Part shown: positions 26,404-39,744 of the stretch, in pieces | Numbering within the stretch: position 1 is the first letter of the stretch | How the letters are laid out: every line of letters begins with the position of its first letter | Source of the DNA: a virus | Lineage: Duplodnaviria > Caudoviricetes | Reading direction: 5' to 3' (one strand) | Virus record (IMG/VR): IMGVR_UViG_3300034355_000650 | Span: 1-42,807 of that record | DNA length: 42,807 bases | The notes under the pieces: generated by a model | Told to the model about the DNA's origin: nothing | The model's input: only the letters and a program-made list of their open reading frames with translations | Database searches by the model: none | Position numbers and translations under genes: made by a program

Positions 26404-26877
26404 ATGGCTTTAACAACGGCCGTAATTACCGGCAAAATTCAGTGGTCCCAAATCAAGAATAACACCGGCTTTGCCCCAACTAAACAGGGCCCCGATAATA
26501 TAGCCAATTCAATTACGCCGCCCGTAAACACGATTAACGAGGTGTATGCAGAAAATCGGACCCTAGCAGCGGCCGCAAGCTATACGTACGACTTGCAGGC
26601 GCTTACTAACTTTTTTGGCGACGGTATTGTATTCACTAAAATTCGTGCCATGCACTTAGCCGTCCAAGGCGGGCAAATAACTGTAGCGCCAGGCGTATCC
26701 GACCCACTCGACTGGTTTTTAAACGCCGCCGGCGAAATAACTTTGCCCGACGGGTCATTTATTACTATCGGAGGCGGAAGCAACGGGACCGTGGGCCCCA
26801 CGGGAAAAACCCTAAAAATTACCAACACCGGGGCCACTAGCGCCACTTACCAAATTACTTTGATAGGCGGCATTTAA
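26404..26877 (+). CDS. Hypothetical virion structural protein
   Basis: Thr/Gly beta-rich; tail region. Confidence 0.65.
   Translation: MALTTAVITGKIQWSQIKNNTGFAPTKQGPDNIANSITPPVNTINEVYAENRTLAAAASYTYDLQALTNFFGDGIVFTKIRAMHLAVQGGQITVAPGVSDPLDWFLNAAGEITLPDGSFITIGGGSNGTVGPTGKTLKITNTGATSATYQITLIGGI
26753..26762 (+). promoter_or_regulatory. Phage motif GGTCATTTAT (intragenic)
   Basis: Exact 10-mer about 130 nt upstream of the tail tube ATG. Confidence 0.55.
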
Positions 26878-26891
26878 AAGGAGTTCTAAAC

Positions 26892-27254
26892 ATGCCATTT
26901 TATGCAGGCCGACTTGGTTCAATATCCGTTGGCGGCGCATCGCAAAAATTAACCGACTGGTCACTTGACTATAAATGCGACCCCATCGAAACCACAAACT
27001 TTGAAGACGAAGGGTATGCGTCGCACGTGTACGGCATTCGCAGCGCCGACATTAGCGCATCGGGACCTTATGGCGGAGCAGCCGGCGGCCAGCCTGGTAC
27101 CGGCGACAGCGTCACGTTTTTGCTTGAAACGGGCGGCCCGTCGTTCTCTATTGACGCCGTACTAACCAGCGTAAAAATTGACCAGTCTATTAAAGACGTG
27201 GCCAAAATCAGCTACACCGCCACCAGCACTGGCGCGTTCACCATAACAGTTTAA
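26892..27254 (+). CDS. Major tail (tube) protein, minimal
   Basis: WSLD...IETTNF..G...VYGIRSADIS..G, final TGAFT; precedes the chaperone and tape measure genes. Confidence 0.7.
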   Translation: MPFYAGRLGSISVGGASQKLTDWSLDYKCDPIETTNFEDEGYASHVYGIRSADISASGPYGGAAGGQPGTGDSVTFLLETGGPSFSIDAVLTSVKIDQSIKDVAKISYTATSTGAFTITV

Positions 27255-27265
27255 GGACGTGTTAA

Positions 27266-27745
27266 ATGCCGACGACTTCAGAAGCACTGGGGGCAGCATC
27301 CGCCCCCATGTGTATTAATTTCAACGGAAAAACTTACCAGGGCAGACTAATCACCCAGCGGGTTAAATCCCAGGTAGAAAGATGGCTTGAAAAGCGGGCA
27401 ATGGCCAGCGTAATGCGTTTTAGGTCAGACCTGGACATGAGCGAATTTAGAGCGCTGAGCGCAGCCGTTACGGCAGATATTGCAAGCGGCAAATATGCGT
27501 TTGGCGGGCCCTACGCAACCGACGCCCTGGGGACCATGGCCGGCGGCGTGGCGTTTGCGTCGTTTGTTTTTGATTGTACCGAAGAAGAAATGGAAGCACT
27601 GTTTTTAAACATGCCGGAAGAAGTCACCCAGGTACTTGAGTTAATCCAAGCACAAAGTTTTCCGCAAAAAAAAACGGAACCGACGGAGGACATGAGGCCA
27701 CCGACACCGAGCCCGGCGAGCGACGAATCTTTGCAGGGTACGTAA
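27266..27745 (+). CDS. Tail assembly chaperone (gpG-like)
   Basis: Synteny; A9 slippery run at 27666-27674. Confidence 0.7.
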   Translation: MPTTSEALGAASAPMCINFNGKTYQGRLITQRVKSQVERWLEKRAMASVMRFRSDLDMSEFRALSAAVTADIASGKYAFGGPYATDALGTMAGGVAFASFVFDCTEEEMEALFLNMPEEVTQVLELIQAQSFPQKKTEPTEDMRPPTPSPASDESLQGT

Positions 27746-28042
27746 ACGTTTACCAGCTTTACGCTTGTTTGATTGACGCCCCTTACCATTTAACTTTTAG
27801 CGCAATCGCAGAATTAACGGACCGGCAAATTTACGATCTTTATTACCGAGCACGGGACAAGGACGGAGCGCCGGAACCAATTGAAGACCCGCAAGCCGAA
27901 TGGCAGCGCAAAGAGGTAAAAGAGGACGCCAACAGCCCCGAACAAAAAGCCAAAAGCTATTCGCAGTTTATGAGCATGGCGGCGACGTTTGGAATGAACC
28001 TGGCAGCGGCACAAAAAAAATGGGACGAGGCGCAGGCAAAAA

Positions 28043-28053
<11 letters not shown>
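27667..28053 (+). CDS. Tail assembly chaperone -1 frameshift extension (gpT-like)
   Basis: The -1 frame is open from the slippery site through the 27769..28053 ORF. Confidence 0.7.
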
Positions 28054-30415
<2,362 letters not shown>

Positions 30416-30430
30416 AAGAAAGGCGCCACC

Positions 30431-31450
30431 ATGGCAAATTATCAAGAGCGTGTAGGCAGTATTGCAAAATCATCGGCGGGCTTTTCGATGGAGGGCGGCA
30501 AAGCCACTATCGAATATCAAATGCCCTGGGAAGACGTTGAGCAATTTTGCAAGGACGCACTGGGCAGCGTAAGCGTAGCATTCGGAAAACTGGCCCGCAA
30601 TTTACCACTGGCACACCCTTTTTTTCCATGGTTGTTTGTTAGTTCAATTGCAACAATTGAGGGGTTTAAGTTTTTTGAAAAAGCCGACGCAGAAGAAGAA
30701 TTAGAGGCGCCCCCAATTGCAGAATATGCAAGTTACGAGTACGCCAAAGTGGTTGTAGAGTTTGCGCCCAGGCCCTACGCACTTTACAAAGATGAATCAA
30801 TTAGCGTTGAACCTATAACCTATTACGACGACGACGGCGAAGAAATAACGGCAGACGTGGCCGCCGAATCGTGGCGTTTCGTAGAGTTTCAAAGTAAAAC
30901 AAGCGTCGAATATCTTACGGCCCAACACGGCACTTACAGAATGGCCGGCACCGGCGAAGCCACCGCACCATCATTCCCAGGACAAGTAAGGCTACTTAAA
31001 AAAACTAAAAATATTACCCTTACTTGGCACCACGTTCCCTTTACTGTTTCAGAAGGCGACAACATTTTTAACGGCCTGGGAAAAATCAATCAAATAGAAT
31101 TTTTTGGGTATAACATTGGCACGCTACTATTTCAAGGATGGACTACTACCCGGCCAATGCCAGAACCGTTTCCAGAGATGGAAGTAGACGAGGACACCGG
31201 CAGCACCCTTCCCAGCGCCGCAAAAATCGTAAACATTGAATTTAGTTTTCTTTATCTTGAGCCAGAACTAGGCGGGCAGGGCGTCAGCCCCCAAAACCAA
31301 AACCATATTGCAGGCGGGCACAATACCTTCCCATGGTTCAAGGACATGAAACACTATTACGCCACCGTCGGGCCTTCTACGGAAAGCGCCACCGAGGGCA
31401 TACCACCGTATAAATCCTATCCCTTCCAGCTACTTTTTACCCCGTCGTAA
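30431..31450 (+). CDS. Putative distal tail/baseplate hub protein
   Basis: Directly after the tape measure gene; acidic/aromatic beta-rich. Confidence 0.5.
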   Translation: MANYQERVGSIAKSSAGFSMEGGKATIEYQMPWEDVEQFCKDALGSVSVAFGKLARNLPLAHPFFPWLFVSSIATIEGFKFFEKADAEEELEAPPIAEYASYEYAKVVVEFAPRPYALYKDESISVEPITYYDDDGEEITADVAAESWRFVEFQSKTSVEYLTAQHGTYRMAGTGEATAPSFPGQVRLLKKTKNITLTWHHVPFTVSEGDNIFNGLGKINQIEFFGYNIGTLLFQGWTTTRPMPEPFPEMEVDEDTGSTLPSAAKIVNIEFSFLYLEPELGGQGVSPQNQNHIAGGHNTFPWFKDMKHYYATVGPSTESATEGIPPYKSYPFQLLFTPS

Positions 31451-31460
31451 GGTCATTTAT
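31451..31460 (+). promoter_or_regulatory. Phage motif GGTCATTTAT
   Basis: Exact 10-mer, followed by TAGAAAGGGG and ATG 31476. Confidence 0.75.
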
Positions 31461-31475
31461 TAGAAAGGGGTAATT

Positions 31476-31829
31476 ATGAGCGCACCGGCAGGACGTTACG
31501 ACACAATTTGCGACCAGGGCGCAACCTATGAACGGGTTGTTATTCTGAGGGACGCCGCCGCCGGCCTTATTAATTTGACCGGCTTTGCCGGAAAAATGCA
31601 GCTACGCAGCACCGCAACCAGCGCCGTAATAATCAAAGAACTTACCACGGAAAACGGCGGCATTACCCTGGGCGGCGTCACTGGCGCAATTAGTCTATTT
31701 ATCAGCGCCGCCGATACGGCAGCAATCGCCGCCGGCAATTACGTTTATGATTTAATCCTTATTAGCGGCACAACAATCAACAAGCCCCTTTACGGCAGCT
31801 TTACAGTACGGGCAGGGGTTACACGATGA
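31476..31829 (+). CDS. Virion structural protein (baseplate upper-protein-like Ig fold)
   Basis: DQGATY...INLTG..GKMQLR...ISAADTA...YVYDL...GxFTVxxGVTR. Confidence 0.6.
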   Translation: MSAPAGRYDTICDQGATYERVVILRDAAAGLINLTGFAGKMQLRSTATSAVIIKELTTENGGITLGGVTGAISLFISAADTAAIAAGNYVYDLILISGTTINKPLYGSFTVRAGVTR

Positions 31830-32230
31830 GCACTAACCGCATTGCAGACATTGGCCAATCCGTTACGGTTACGGCGGGCGCCGGCGCCGTGCAAGTCAAC
31901 GACCAAAACACACAAGCCTTTATTATCAGCGCCATGCCGGAAGAAACCGCCCCGCAGGCGAGAGCAATCAAAGACTATCCCAATTTTGTTGTTGTCGAAA
32001 AAGGCGGCCGCATTGTTGAAGTGCAGGAGCTTGTCACTCAGGTTACAGCGTCGGCCAGAGGCGTGCAAGGGCCCCCAGGTCCAGCCGGCCCACCGGGCGG
32101 CGTTAATGGGCTAATTGACGAACTTAACGACGTGCTCATAGTAAATATTCAAGACGGCCAGCTATTAAAATTTAACAGCGCACTAGCCCAATGGGTGAAT
32201 AGTAACTACCTAGACGGCGGAAATTTTTAA
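31826..32230 (+). CDS. Minor tail protein with short collagen repeat
   Basis: GVQGPPGPAGPPG, LNDVxI...DGQLL, C-terminal LDGGNF. Confidence 0.65.
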   Translation: MSTNRIADIGQSVTVTAGAGAVQVNDQNTQAFIISAMPEETAPQARAIKDYPNFVVVEKGGRIVEVQELVTQVTASARGVQGPPGPAGPPGGVNGLIDELNDVLIVNIQDGQLLKFNSALAQWVNSNYLDGGNF

Positions 32231-32241
32231 AGGAAAAAGTC

Positions 32242-33336
32242 ATGGCAAATACAATTAGAATTAAACGCAGAAACAGCGGCGGCAACCCAGGGGACGCCCC
32301 AAGCACTCTTATGAACGGAGAGCTTGCCGTTAACGAGGTCGGCGGCAGCGGGTCAAGCGTACTTTATTACGGCTACGGTGACGCAGGCAGCGGCGTGGCG
32401 TCCAGCGTTGTGGCACTGGCCGGCCCAGGCGCCTTTGCCAGCTTAACCGGCACGCAAACCTTCAGCGGCACGACAAACACATTCACCAGCGCCACCGTAT
32501 TGACTGGCACCGTTTCCGGCACCGGCATAAGCACCTACGTGCTTGGAAAACGCCTTGACGAGTTCGCAGCCCCCACGGCAAACGTAACTTTAAATAGCAA
32601 CAAAATAACCAATCTTGCAGACCCAACCAGCGCCCAGGACGCCGCAACAAAAGCATACGTAGACGCAGCCCGCAGCGGCCTAGACGTTAAAGCGTCGTGC
32701 CGAGTTTCGACCACCGCCAATATTACCCTTAGCGGCACTCAAACAATTGACGGCGTGGCCGTAATTGTAGGCGATAGGGTATTAGTTAAAAATCAAACAA
32801 TCGGATCAAATAACGGTATTTACGACGTTGCGTCAGGAGGTTGGACACGCAGCGCCGACAGCGACACAAGCACAGAATTTGATAGCGGCGCTTTTACATT
32901 CATCGAGGAAGGCACCGTAAACGCAGGAAAAGGCTACGTTTTAACTACGGCTAACCCAATTACCCTGGGCGTCACGTCGTTGACCTTCACCCTGTTTTCG
33001 TCGTCAGGCGCTATAACAGCCGGCACCGGCTTAAGCTTCAGCGGCACGACCTTAAACGTCAACGTAGACGGCGTTTCCATCACCACCGACGGCAGCAGCA
33101 ATCTAACAATTAAATCAACCTGGGCAGGCCAAACAGCCATTACCACCCTGGGAACAATTACAACCGGCACATGGTCGGCCACGGCAATAAGTTTAGCCAA
33201 GGGCGGCACCGGCGGCGACTTAAGCGCAGCCAGCGACGGCAGCATATTTAAAAAGTCGGGCACCAGCTTAACAGCGGCAACGGCAGGCACCGACTACCTT
33301 AGCAGCAGCAGCACCGTTGACGGGGGTACGTTTTAG
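32242..33336 (+). CDS. Tail fibre protein
   Basis: IRIKRR...GELAVN N-terminus, [36 protein letters not shown]-terminal DGGTF. Confidence 0.75.
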   Translation: MANTIRIKRRNSGGNPGDAPSTLMNGELAVNEVGGSGSSVLYYGYGDAGSGVASSVVALAGPGAFASLTGTQTFSGTTNTFTSATVLTGTVSGTGISTYVLGKRLDEFAAPTANVTLNSNKITNLADPTSAQDAATKAYVDAARSGLDVKASCRVSTTANITLSGTQTIDGVAVIVGDRVLVKNQTIGSNNGIYDVASGGWTRSADSDTSTEFDSGAFTFIEEGTVNAGKGYVLTTANPITLGVTSLTFTLFSSSGAITAGTGLSFSGTTLNVNVDGVSITTDGSSNLTIKSTWAGQTAITTLGTITTGTWSATAISLAKGGTGGDLSAASDGSIFKKSGTSLTAATAGTDYLSSSSTVDGGTF

Positions 33337-34328
33337 TGCCTAACCCGATCAAGCCAAAGCGCAGCTACACCGCCGCCGCCGTTGCCGCCGCTACAACAGC
33401 CGGAGAAATATCGGTCAACGCCGCCGACGGTAAAATATATCTCACTAACGCCGCCGGAAATGCTCAAATTTTAGTTTCATCTTTAGGACGCAGCGACCAC
33501 ACCGGCACCCTGGCAATTACCAGCGGCGGCACAGGGCAAACAACGGCAAACGCCGCAGCAAATGCAATTCTACCAGCGCAGGCAAGCAATTCGGGCAAAT
33601 ACCTTACCACAAACGGCACCGATTCTTCATGGGGTACAGTTACGGCAGGCACAGCATTGCCCGCCGGGTCAATGCAAATGTTTGCCGGCACGGTTACACA
33701 AAGCGCCGCCGCCGGCGTCGTCACCACAAATGCCCCCAGCGGTTGGTTATTAGCAAATGGCGACATTGTTTCAAGAACTACCTATAGCGCATTGTTTACG
33801 GCAATCGGTACGACTTATGGGGCGGGCAATGGTTCAACTACGTTTGCCTTGCCCGATATGCGGTCAAGGGTTCCAATTGGCGTTGGTACGGGTTCGGGCC
33901 TTACTGCTAGGACTTTAGGCGGAACGGTTGGGCAAGAAAATATAACGATTGGGTCAACAAACCTTCCCTCGCACTCGCATACTTTTTCCCCTACCGGAAC
34001 ATTAAACACAGAAAGTAATCACTATCACGCTAGCGCAGCCGCTGGCAGTCATCAACACACGGGAACAAACGGTTGGCAACCTTTGGTTTTTACCTCTACC
34101 GGTGGCGGGGCAAATCTTGCCGGGGGAACAACATTTCAACGGTACAACATGGAAAGCGTAATGAACGCCGCTGGAAGTCATACCCACGGGAATACAAATG
34201 TAAACAGCGGACACACCCACACATTTACACCAACAGCAGGGCAAACAACTGGCAACGGGCCGGGAACGGGGGCAAGTTTAACTAATATGCAACCGTCAAT
34301 TGGCATGAATTATATCATTAAAACTTAG
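33336..34328 (+). CDS. Tail fibre with tail collar domain
   Basis: PSGWLLANG..VSRTTYSALFxAIGTTYGxGNGSTTFxLPDMR, HxH repeats, NMQPS...YIIKT. Confidence 0.85.
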   Translation: MPNPIKPKRSYTAAAVAAATTAGEISVNAADGKIYLTNAAGNAQILVSSLGRSDHTGTLAITSGGTGQTTANAAANAILPAQASNSGKYLTTNGTDSSWGTVTAGTALPAGSMQMFAGTVTQSAAAGVVTTNAPSGWLLANGDIVSRTTYSALFTAIGTTYGAGNGSTTFALPDMRSRVPIGVGTGSGLTARTLGGTVGQENITIGSTNLPSHSHTFSPTGTLNTESNHYHASAAAGSHQHTGTNGWQPLVFTSTGGGANLAGGTTFQRYNMESVMNAAGSHTHGNTNVNSGHTHTFTPTAGQTTGNGPGTGASLTNMQPSIGMNYIIKT

Positions 34329-34336
34329 GGGATAAA

Positions 34337-34534
34337 ATGGAAATTTTAATTAGCGAACAGACCAACAGCGGTGTAAATGGGTTACCAATCACAGGCTTTT
34401 CCGTCACCTTCGTAAATCGCAATAAAAAAAAGACGATGAACGAACAAGACTTTTTCGCAGACGGCACCGAGATTGAAACAAAAATTCAACAGCTACGCAA
34501 ACTACTTAAAAACCATTTTGACGCCCAGGTATAA
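34337..34534 (+). CDS. Hypothetical protein (possible fibre chaperone)
   Basis: RBS AGGGG; directly after the collar fibre gene. Confidence 0.55.
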   Translation: MEILISEQTNSGVNGLPITGFSVTFVNRNKKKTMNEQDFFADGTEIETKIQQLRKLLKNHFDAQV

Positions 34535-34536
34535 CC

Positions 34537-35460
34537 ATGACCATAAGAGCAGGCGAAGGCATAGTTATTAATTACGACGGCGCCGGCAGCGAAATTGCTG
34601 TTTCTACGCCGCAGTGGTTCGTTGCCGAAATAACGGGCACCGTTGCAAACTCGTCGCCGGTCATACACAAATGGAAGAAAAAAACACCCAAAAAAGACGG
34701 TAAAACATACGAAGACGCTAGCCCGTCGTTAATTGGCGATGGCGTGTCAAATCCAGCGTATCTACCAGCGTTAGGTATTGGGACCACCAGCACAGCAACG
34801 GCGACGGGGCTAGTGTTTATGAGGTTAAGAGGACGAAACGACGCCGGCCAGTCGGTTTTTGAAATTATGAGCGCAGCCGGGAGCGCCAGCACCGGCACCG
34901 GCACCAGCGGAAACGCAGTTATTGAAGTAGTTACCGACGTTATTTGTACCCCCACGGGCATAGAAGTGCTTACGGTAACACTCAGCGGGGCAGACTACGA
35001 TAATGCAGTAATACGGCAGTTTTTAGCACTTTCAGACGTCACTCCAACAAGCTACCTTGGCAACCAGGGCAGGGTTGTAAAGGTAAACAACCTAGGGACG
35101 GCGCTAGAATTTGGGGCTATAGGCGAGGGGCCTAGTTACACAACTTTTATTGCTCTCAGCGATTCACCCGCAGAGTATGGAACAACTAACACTTACAAAG
35201 TTTTAACAGTTTCTAGCGCAAATAACGGCGTGGTTTTTTCAGCAAATAACGTGACAACTACAAACAGCATTACCGGCGGCGGAAACCCTAATGCGCCAAG
35301 CTGGACGGCGCTTAAATTGGTTAATGATACGGCAACCCCTGGCAATAATAAATTTTATGGCACTAATTCTAGCGGCGTCAAAGGCTGGCAATCCAACCAG
35401 GCAGTGCTTGACGCCATCGCCGACCTAACCGCCAGAGTCGTGGCGCTGGAAGCACCGTAA
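34537..35460 (+). CDS. Minor tail protein
   Basis: Repeated FxALSDxPxxY motif; C-terminal coiled coil [10 protein letters not shown]. Confidence 0.6.
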   Translation: MTIRAGEGIVINYDGAGSEIAVSTPQWFVAEITGTVANSSPVIHKWKKKTPKKDGKTYEDASPSLIGDGVSNPAYLPALGIGTTSTATATGLVFMRLRGRNDAGQSVFEIMSAAGSASTGTGTSGNAVIEVVTDVICTPTGIEVLTVTLSGADYDNAVIRQFLALSDVTPTSYLGNQGRVVKVNNLGTALEFGAIGEGPSYTTFIALSDSPAEYGTTNTYKVLTVSSANNGVVFSANNVTTTNSITGGGNPNAPSWTALKLVNDTATPGNNKFYGTNSSGVKGWQSNQAVLDAIADLTARVVALEAP

Positions 35461-38141
35461 TGGAATTTAAAACGCCTCAATATAGCGGAACAGTAACCTA
35501 TGTTAATTATCAAAATGGTGAACTAGGCGGAACATTCCTACCTAATCAATATTTTTTTGGTAACGGTTTTAGCGTTTATAAAAGCGCTTCAGCAACTCAA
35601 GCAGCGGCTGGAATAAATCAAGTTTTTATTTCAGACTTTACCGTTCCAGTAAAATTGAACGATTGCCGAGTTACAACAACAGGGCCAATTACTCTTAGCG
35701 GCCTGCAAACAATTGATGGCGTAGTTTTAGTGGTTGGCGATCGTGTTTTAGTAAAAGATCAAACCGCTAAAAGTCAAAACGGTATATACATTGCAACAGA
35801 TTCAAATTGGACACGTTCCACAGATGCAAATCATCAAAGCCTTTTTACGAATAATAAATATGTAAAAGTGGCAGAAGGTGCGACTTATGCTAATTGCTAC
35901 GGCGTATTAGTAATTTCAAATCCAAATACTTTTGCTTTAGAAACTAGCCCTATTGTTTATATTTTAATGCCTCTTGGGGTAAGCTTGTACACCCCCAATA
36001 TAGAAACAACTTCAAGCTCAATAGGCAGCCCATATGTTCCAGATGACACAAAGAATCTTTATTACATTCGTTTTAAAAATTTTGGCACAAACCCAAGGGC
36101 CTATTTACAAACAGTAACCGCCGCAACAACAGGGCCAATTACTCTTAGCGGCCTGCAAACAATTGACGGCGTGGCGCTGGTAGCTGGAAACTATGTTTTG
36201 GTAAAAGACCAAACAATTTCTGGGTCAGCGAGCCAACCAATGTATGAAGTAAATCATGGTGCATGGACTAAACCAGGGCAATCTAGTTTTACTTCAGCAA
36301 AAATGAGATACGTTTCTTCAGGAAACATTAACGGCGGAAAAACTTTTATCAGCAATGGCGAAGCCGAGCCATCATATTTACCGCTTTCAATGGTTCTTTA
36401 TCGTACTTTTGAAGATGCAGTTAACGAAACCAACTCATTACTTCTTCTACCGCCATTTACTTTAAATTGGATTTATAAAACTTACGGCATTGCTGAGTGT
36501 ATCGAGCTAGGCGCAGCAGATGTAGAGGATATTATTTGTTGTCCGCCACCAGTTGCAATGCACGACTTTTTACCATCAACGGCAACAATCACAAAGGCCG
36601 ATTCGAGTACAGTTACGGCAATAATCGACGATACAGACGGACAGTATGGGATTAATTACAACGTCTTTTTCAAGTATACAAGCAATTTGCCAATGGTCGG
36701 CGGTTATTATCAAGGCGCATTTGAAGCCGTTCGGATTTATTTAATTAGAGGATCAGAAGGGTTTACTGTTTATGTGCATGTTGAAACTCCGTCGGTATTC
36801 GGCGATGGTTCCTACCCTAACAACAAAATCAGATGGTTCACTTCAAGCGGTGGCCTTGTTTTCGGATCTGGCGCACTCTCCGAGTCTATTCCAGAAGCAA
36901 ACATCCACAGTACTATAGTAGTTACCGAGTATTTTAATTATTCACCGCATCCAACTCCAGAGCAGTGGACAGTAAATTTTAGCGTACCTTTTGAACTACC
37001 GCCAACAATTGCGCTATCTATGACAGACGCAAAGTTTAAAAATGTAACTCAAACGGTAGTTGGTGGCGTAGTAACAGCGACAGAGACAAACGATATTAGC
37101 CTTGGTAATATCAGTGTTACGCTCACCTACGACGCAGCAACAGGATATTATTTTGGCCCCTTGGAGAATTATTACAACATTCCAGGACGATTGCATATGC
37201 AATCACATTTTTTTGATGCTGCGCCAAAGTGGAACGCTTCAAATGGTAATTATAATAACAAGCTGGACATTGATTACGCCGCTATTATTGGCTCAAATAA
37301 TGGTCTACCGATGCAAGTAAAACCAATTATCAAAGTAAACGACAGCGGCACTCTTTATATTGATGAAGACTCAGCAGGAAGCAGATTTTACATTAGATAC
37401 AGCACTTACAAGCGGGCTAGGAAAGGCGCTTATTTTCAATACGATTCAACGGCGTGGCCTTATGGCGGATCAATAGGCTCCACAGATTCACAAGTATATA
37501 ACTTCTTTAACTCAAATACTTATTGGGTCGAATCCTCGGATGTTACGATTATTGGCGGAACTTCACCAACGCCAACACCTACACCTACCCCGACGCCAAC
37601 ACCTACCCCTACCCCTACACCAACACCAACACCGACCCCAACACCGACCCCGACCCCAACACCGACCCCTACACCGACGCCGACGCCTACACCAACGCCA
37701 ACGCCGACACCAACGCCGACACCAACGCCGACACCAACGCCGACAGTTGCGTTTGCAATATACAGCCAAACCCCAGGGGCGGGCGACATTGCAGGCGGGT
37801 CATGGGACACGACAAGCTCAGGCGCTGGCCGGTTCGCCGACCATCTTACTTTTCAAAGTAGTAGTAATTATGGTGGCAGCGGGGCAGAGACCACCTTTAC
37901 GCTCACGCCAAATGTTTCGGGCGTTTTAACTTACGATATTACGTGGTCACTTTCAGAGTTTGGCAGCGGCCTTGCTGGCATGGAAAACCCAACTGGCAGC
38001 GCAGGCGACTTTTCAATGCAGGGCGGGCTCAACGTGGTTGCAGGCACCACCTATTATGTAACGACTTTACGACCAGATTACACGGCTACGGATTCTTACA
38101 CCTACGTTACTGGCGACGTCTACGTCACACCGTCCGTCTAA
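35460..38141 (+). CDS. Large putative receptor-binding/tail protein with (PT)30 linker
   Basis: Two [16 protein letters not shown] domains, AT-rich aromatic middle region, PT linker, C-terminal beta domain. Confidence 0.65.
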   Translation: MEFKTPQYSGTVTYVNYQNGELGGTFLPNQYFFGNGFSVYKSASATQAAAGINQVFISDFTVPVKLNDCRVTTTGPITLSGLQTIDGVVLVVGDRVLVKDQTAKSQNGIYIATDSNWTRSTDANHQSLFTNNKYVKVAEGATYANCYGVLVISNPNTFALETSPIVYILMPLGVSLYTPNIETTSSSIGSPYVPDDTKNLYYIRFKNFGTNPRAYLQTVTAATTGPITLSGLQTIDGVALVAGNYVLVKDQTISGSASQPMYEVNHGAWTKPGQSSFTSAKMRYVSSGNINGGKTFISNGEAEPSYLPLSMVLYRTFEDAVNETNSLLLLPPFTLNWIYKTYGIAECIELGAADVEDIICCPPPVAMHDFLPSTATITKADSSTVTAIIDDTDGQYGINYNVFFKYTSNLPMVGGYYQGAFEAVRIYLIRGSEGFTVYVHVETPSVFGDGSYPNNKIRWFTSSGGLVFGSGALSESIPEANIHSTIVVTEYFNYSPHPTPEQWTVNFSVPFELPPTIALSMTDAKFKNVTQTVVGGVVTATETNDISLGNISVTLTYDAATGYYFGPLENYYNIPGRLHMQSHFFDAAPKWNASNGNYNNKLDIDYAAIIGSNNGLPMQVKPIIKVNDSGTLYIDEDSAGSRFYIRYSTYKRARKGAYFQYDSTAWPYGGSIGSTDSQVYNFFNSNTYWVESSDVTIIGGTSPTPTPTPTPTPTPTPTPTPTPTPTPTPTPTPTPTPTPTPTPTPTPTPTPTPTPTPTPTPTVAFAIYSQTPGAGDIAGGSWDTTSSGAGRFADHLTFQSSSNYGGSGAETTFTLTPNVSGVLTYDITWSLSEFGSGLAGMENPTGSAGDFSMQGGLNVVAGTTYYVTTLRPDYTATDSYTYVTGDVYVTPSV
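37566..37745 (+). repeat. (Pro-Thr)30 coding tandem repeat
   Basis: 180 nt of CCN-ACN with mixed third positions. Confidence 0.95.
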
Positions 38142-38149
38142 GGCAAACG

Positions 38150-38159
38150 GGTCATTTAT
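38150..38159 (+). promoter_or_regulatory. Phage motif GGTCATTTAT
   Basis: Exact 10-mer in the intergenic region before the lysis region. Confidence 0.7.
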
Positions 38160-38189
38160 TCATAGTGACCCTTTCCCGAGGACTTTTTG

Positions 38190-39530
38190 ATGATTTATTC
38201 CCTTTTTTTTACCCTTGCACTTTTTAACGCAGATTCTCAGGTTGGCGGCCGCACCAGCCCCGACGGCGCCGAGCAAATTCAAATCGATTTACCAGGTAAA
38301 GAGCAACTAAAAAACGTAGGCGGCAGGGACGGCGCCGGCTTATGCGTTTTCACCAGCTTGGAACATTCCGGCAAATGGCAAAACGTGGAACAGCTTACCG
38401 GGTTCCAGAGCAAAATGAAAAAAGAGGAGGGGGGCGGATGGCCGGAGAAGGTAGACAAAATGGTGCAAAAATACGCCGCCGGCATTACCTACTTGCAATA
38501 CCAGGGCGACGACCCAAGCCTATTAAAGCTAGCTCTAAAAACTGGCCGAATGCCCGCCGTTACATACGGCTATTCCCCAAGATATTCGGGCAGTGGCAGA
38601 ATTGCCCACATGGTAAATTTAGTCCACCTAACGCCCCGCTGGGCCGCCGTTTTAGATAATAACTTCCCAGGCGAAACTAATTATGAATGGATGAGCCCGG
38701 CAGAATTTACACGCCGCTGGAAATTGGGGGGCGGAGGTTGGGCTGTTTTCCTACTTTCACCACCACCACCGCCACCACCCGCCAATAAAGTATTTTATCA
38801 AGCGCCAGAATCAACCGAACAAGACCCCGAAGAAGCGCCAATAAGCCCGCTTTTTGGCGTCGATACTAGCCGCCTTGGCCAAAATGGCTGCTATTTAAAT
38901 GGGCGAAAAATTAGCAGCTTAGACGCCTTAAGGGCGCTTGAAGGCGGCGAATTAACCGACGATAGCCACAAGCTACGAATAACCATAATCAGCCAGGACA
39001 CCGCCACCGCCGGCAAAGTCAAATCCGACCTAGAGGGCAGCCCCTGGGCGCCAGTGTTATTAGTGCAAACTTACCCGCCGACGCACTGGGCCGTTTCCGA
39101 CGTAGGATTTAACACCGAAGGCACGCCCCGAATTATTGTGCAAGGGCCGCCCAACGCCGACGGCAGCGCCAGCGTACTTCATTCCCAGGCTGATTATTCC
39201 GACGGGCTTGATGGCTTAATTGGAGCCCTTCGCAGGAAGGCGCCTAACTACGACCCGCAAAAAGACAAGGACGGCAGGAAGGGCCCCGACGCCGGCGCCG
39301 GCAATATCTTGGCAATAGCCAGGGCCGTAACCATAACCGCATTCATAGCGTTTTTTTTGGGTTACGTCGCCCGTGGCATTATTCCCGCCGTCGTGGCAGC
39401 GCTCAAAGCCGCACATGGCAAGGTATTCCCAGCCAAGCCAAGCATGGAAGAAATGATCTTAAACGCCCTTAAAAAACTTAAGGAACAGGAGGCCGACAAT
39501 GTCGAACGAAACAATTTCAAGCCCAGTTAA
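38190..39530 (+). CDS. Exported, membrane-anchored putative cysteine peptidase (C39/papain-like)
   Basis: Signal-like MIYSLFFTLALFNA; GLCVFTS, HMVNLV and VLDNN give Cys-His-Asp order; poly-Pro linker; C-terminal hydrophobic helix. Confidence 0.5.
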   Translation: MIYSLFFTLALFNADSQVGGRTSPDGAEQIQIDLPGKEQLKNVGGRDGAGLCVFTSLEHSGKWQNVEQLTGFQSKMKKEEGGGWPEKVDKMVQKYAAGITYLQYQGDDPSLLKLALKTGRMPAVTYGYSPRYSGSGRIAHMVNLVHLTPRWAAVLDNNFPGETNYEWMSPAEFTRRWKLGGGGWAVFLLSPPPPPPPANKVFYQAPESTEQDPEEAPISPLFGVDTSRLGQNGCYLNGRKISSLDALRALEGGELTDDSHKLRITIISQDTATAGKVKSDLEGSPWAPVLLVQTYPPTHWAVSDVGFNTEGTPRIIVQGPPNADGSASVLHSQADYSDGLDGLIGALRRKAPNYDPQKDKDGRKGPDAGAGNILAIARAVTITAFIAFFLGYVARGIIPAVVAALKAAHGKVFPAKPSMEEMILNALKKLKEQEADNVERNNFKPS

Positions 39531-39744
39531 ACCAGGTTGGAAAACAACCGAGTTTTATCAAACATTAATTTTGCAGGCGTTAGCATTCGCCACCATTTTG
39601 GGTTTTTTGTCACCTAGTGAATCGGCAGGAATAGGCGGCAAAATAACCACCATGATCGAGCACGTTGTAGCGCTATTAGTAGCCGGCGGCACTGTAGTCA
39701 GTTACATAAAAAACCGAACACTAGCAAAGGCAGGCGGACAATGA
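39499..39744 (+). CDS. Holin (putative)
   Basis: KPGWKTTEF motif, two hydrophobic helices, basic C-terminus. Confidence 0.65.
   Translation: MSNETISSPVKPGWKTTEFYQTLILQALAFATILGFLSPSESAGIGGKITTMIEHVVALLVAGGTVVSYIKNRTLAKAGGQ

Noticed and set aside
37520-37929. Overlapping ORFs (poly-GV, HQRQ and WCR repeats) or a CRISPR-like array
   Set aside because: These are alternative-frame shadows of the (PT)30 repeat; there is no repeat-spacer structure
32242-38141. Diversity-generating retroelement acting on tail fibres
   Set aside because: No reverse transcriptase recognised; the repeats are in-frame domain duplications without adenine-specific mismatches
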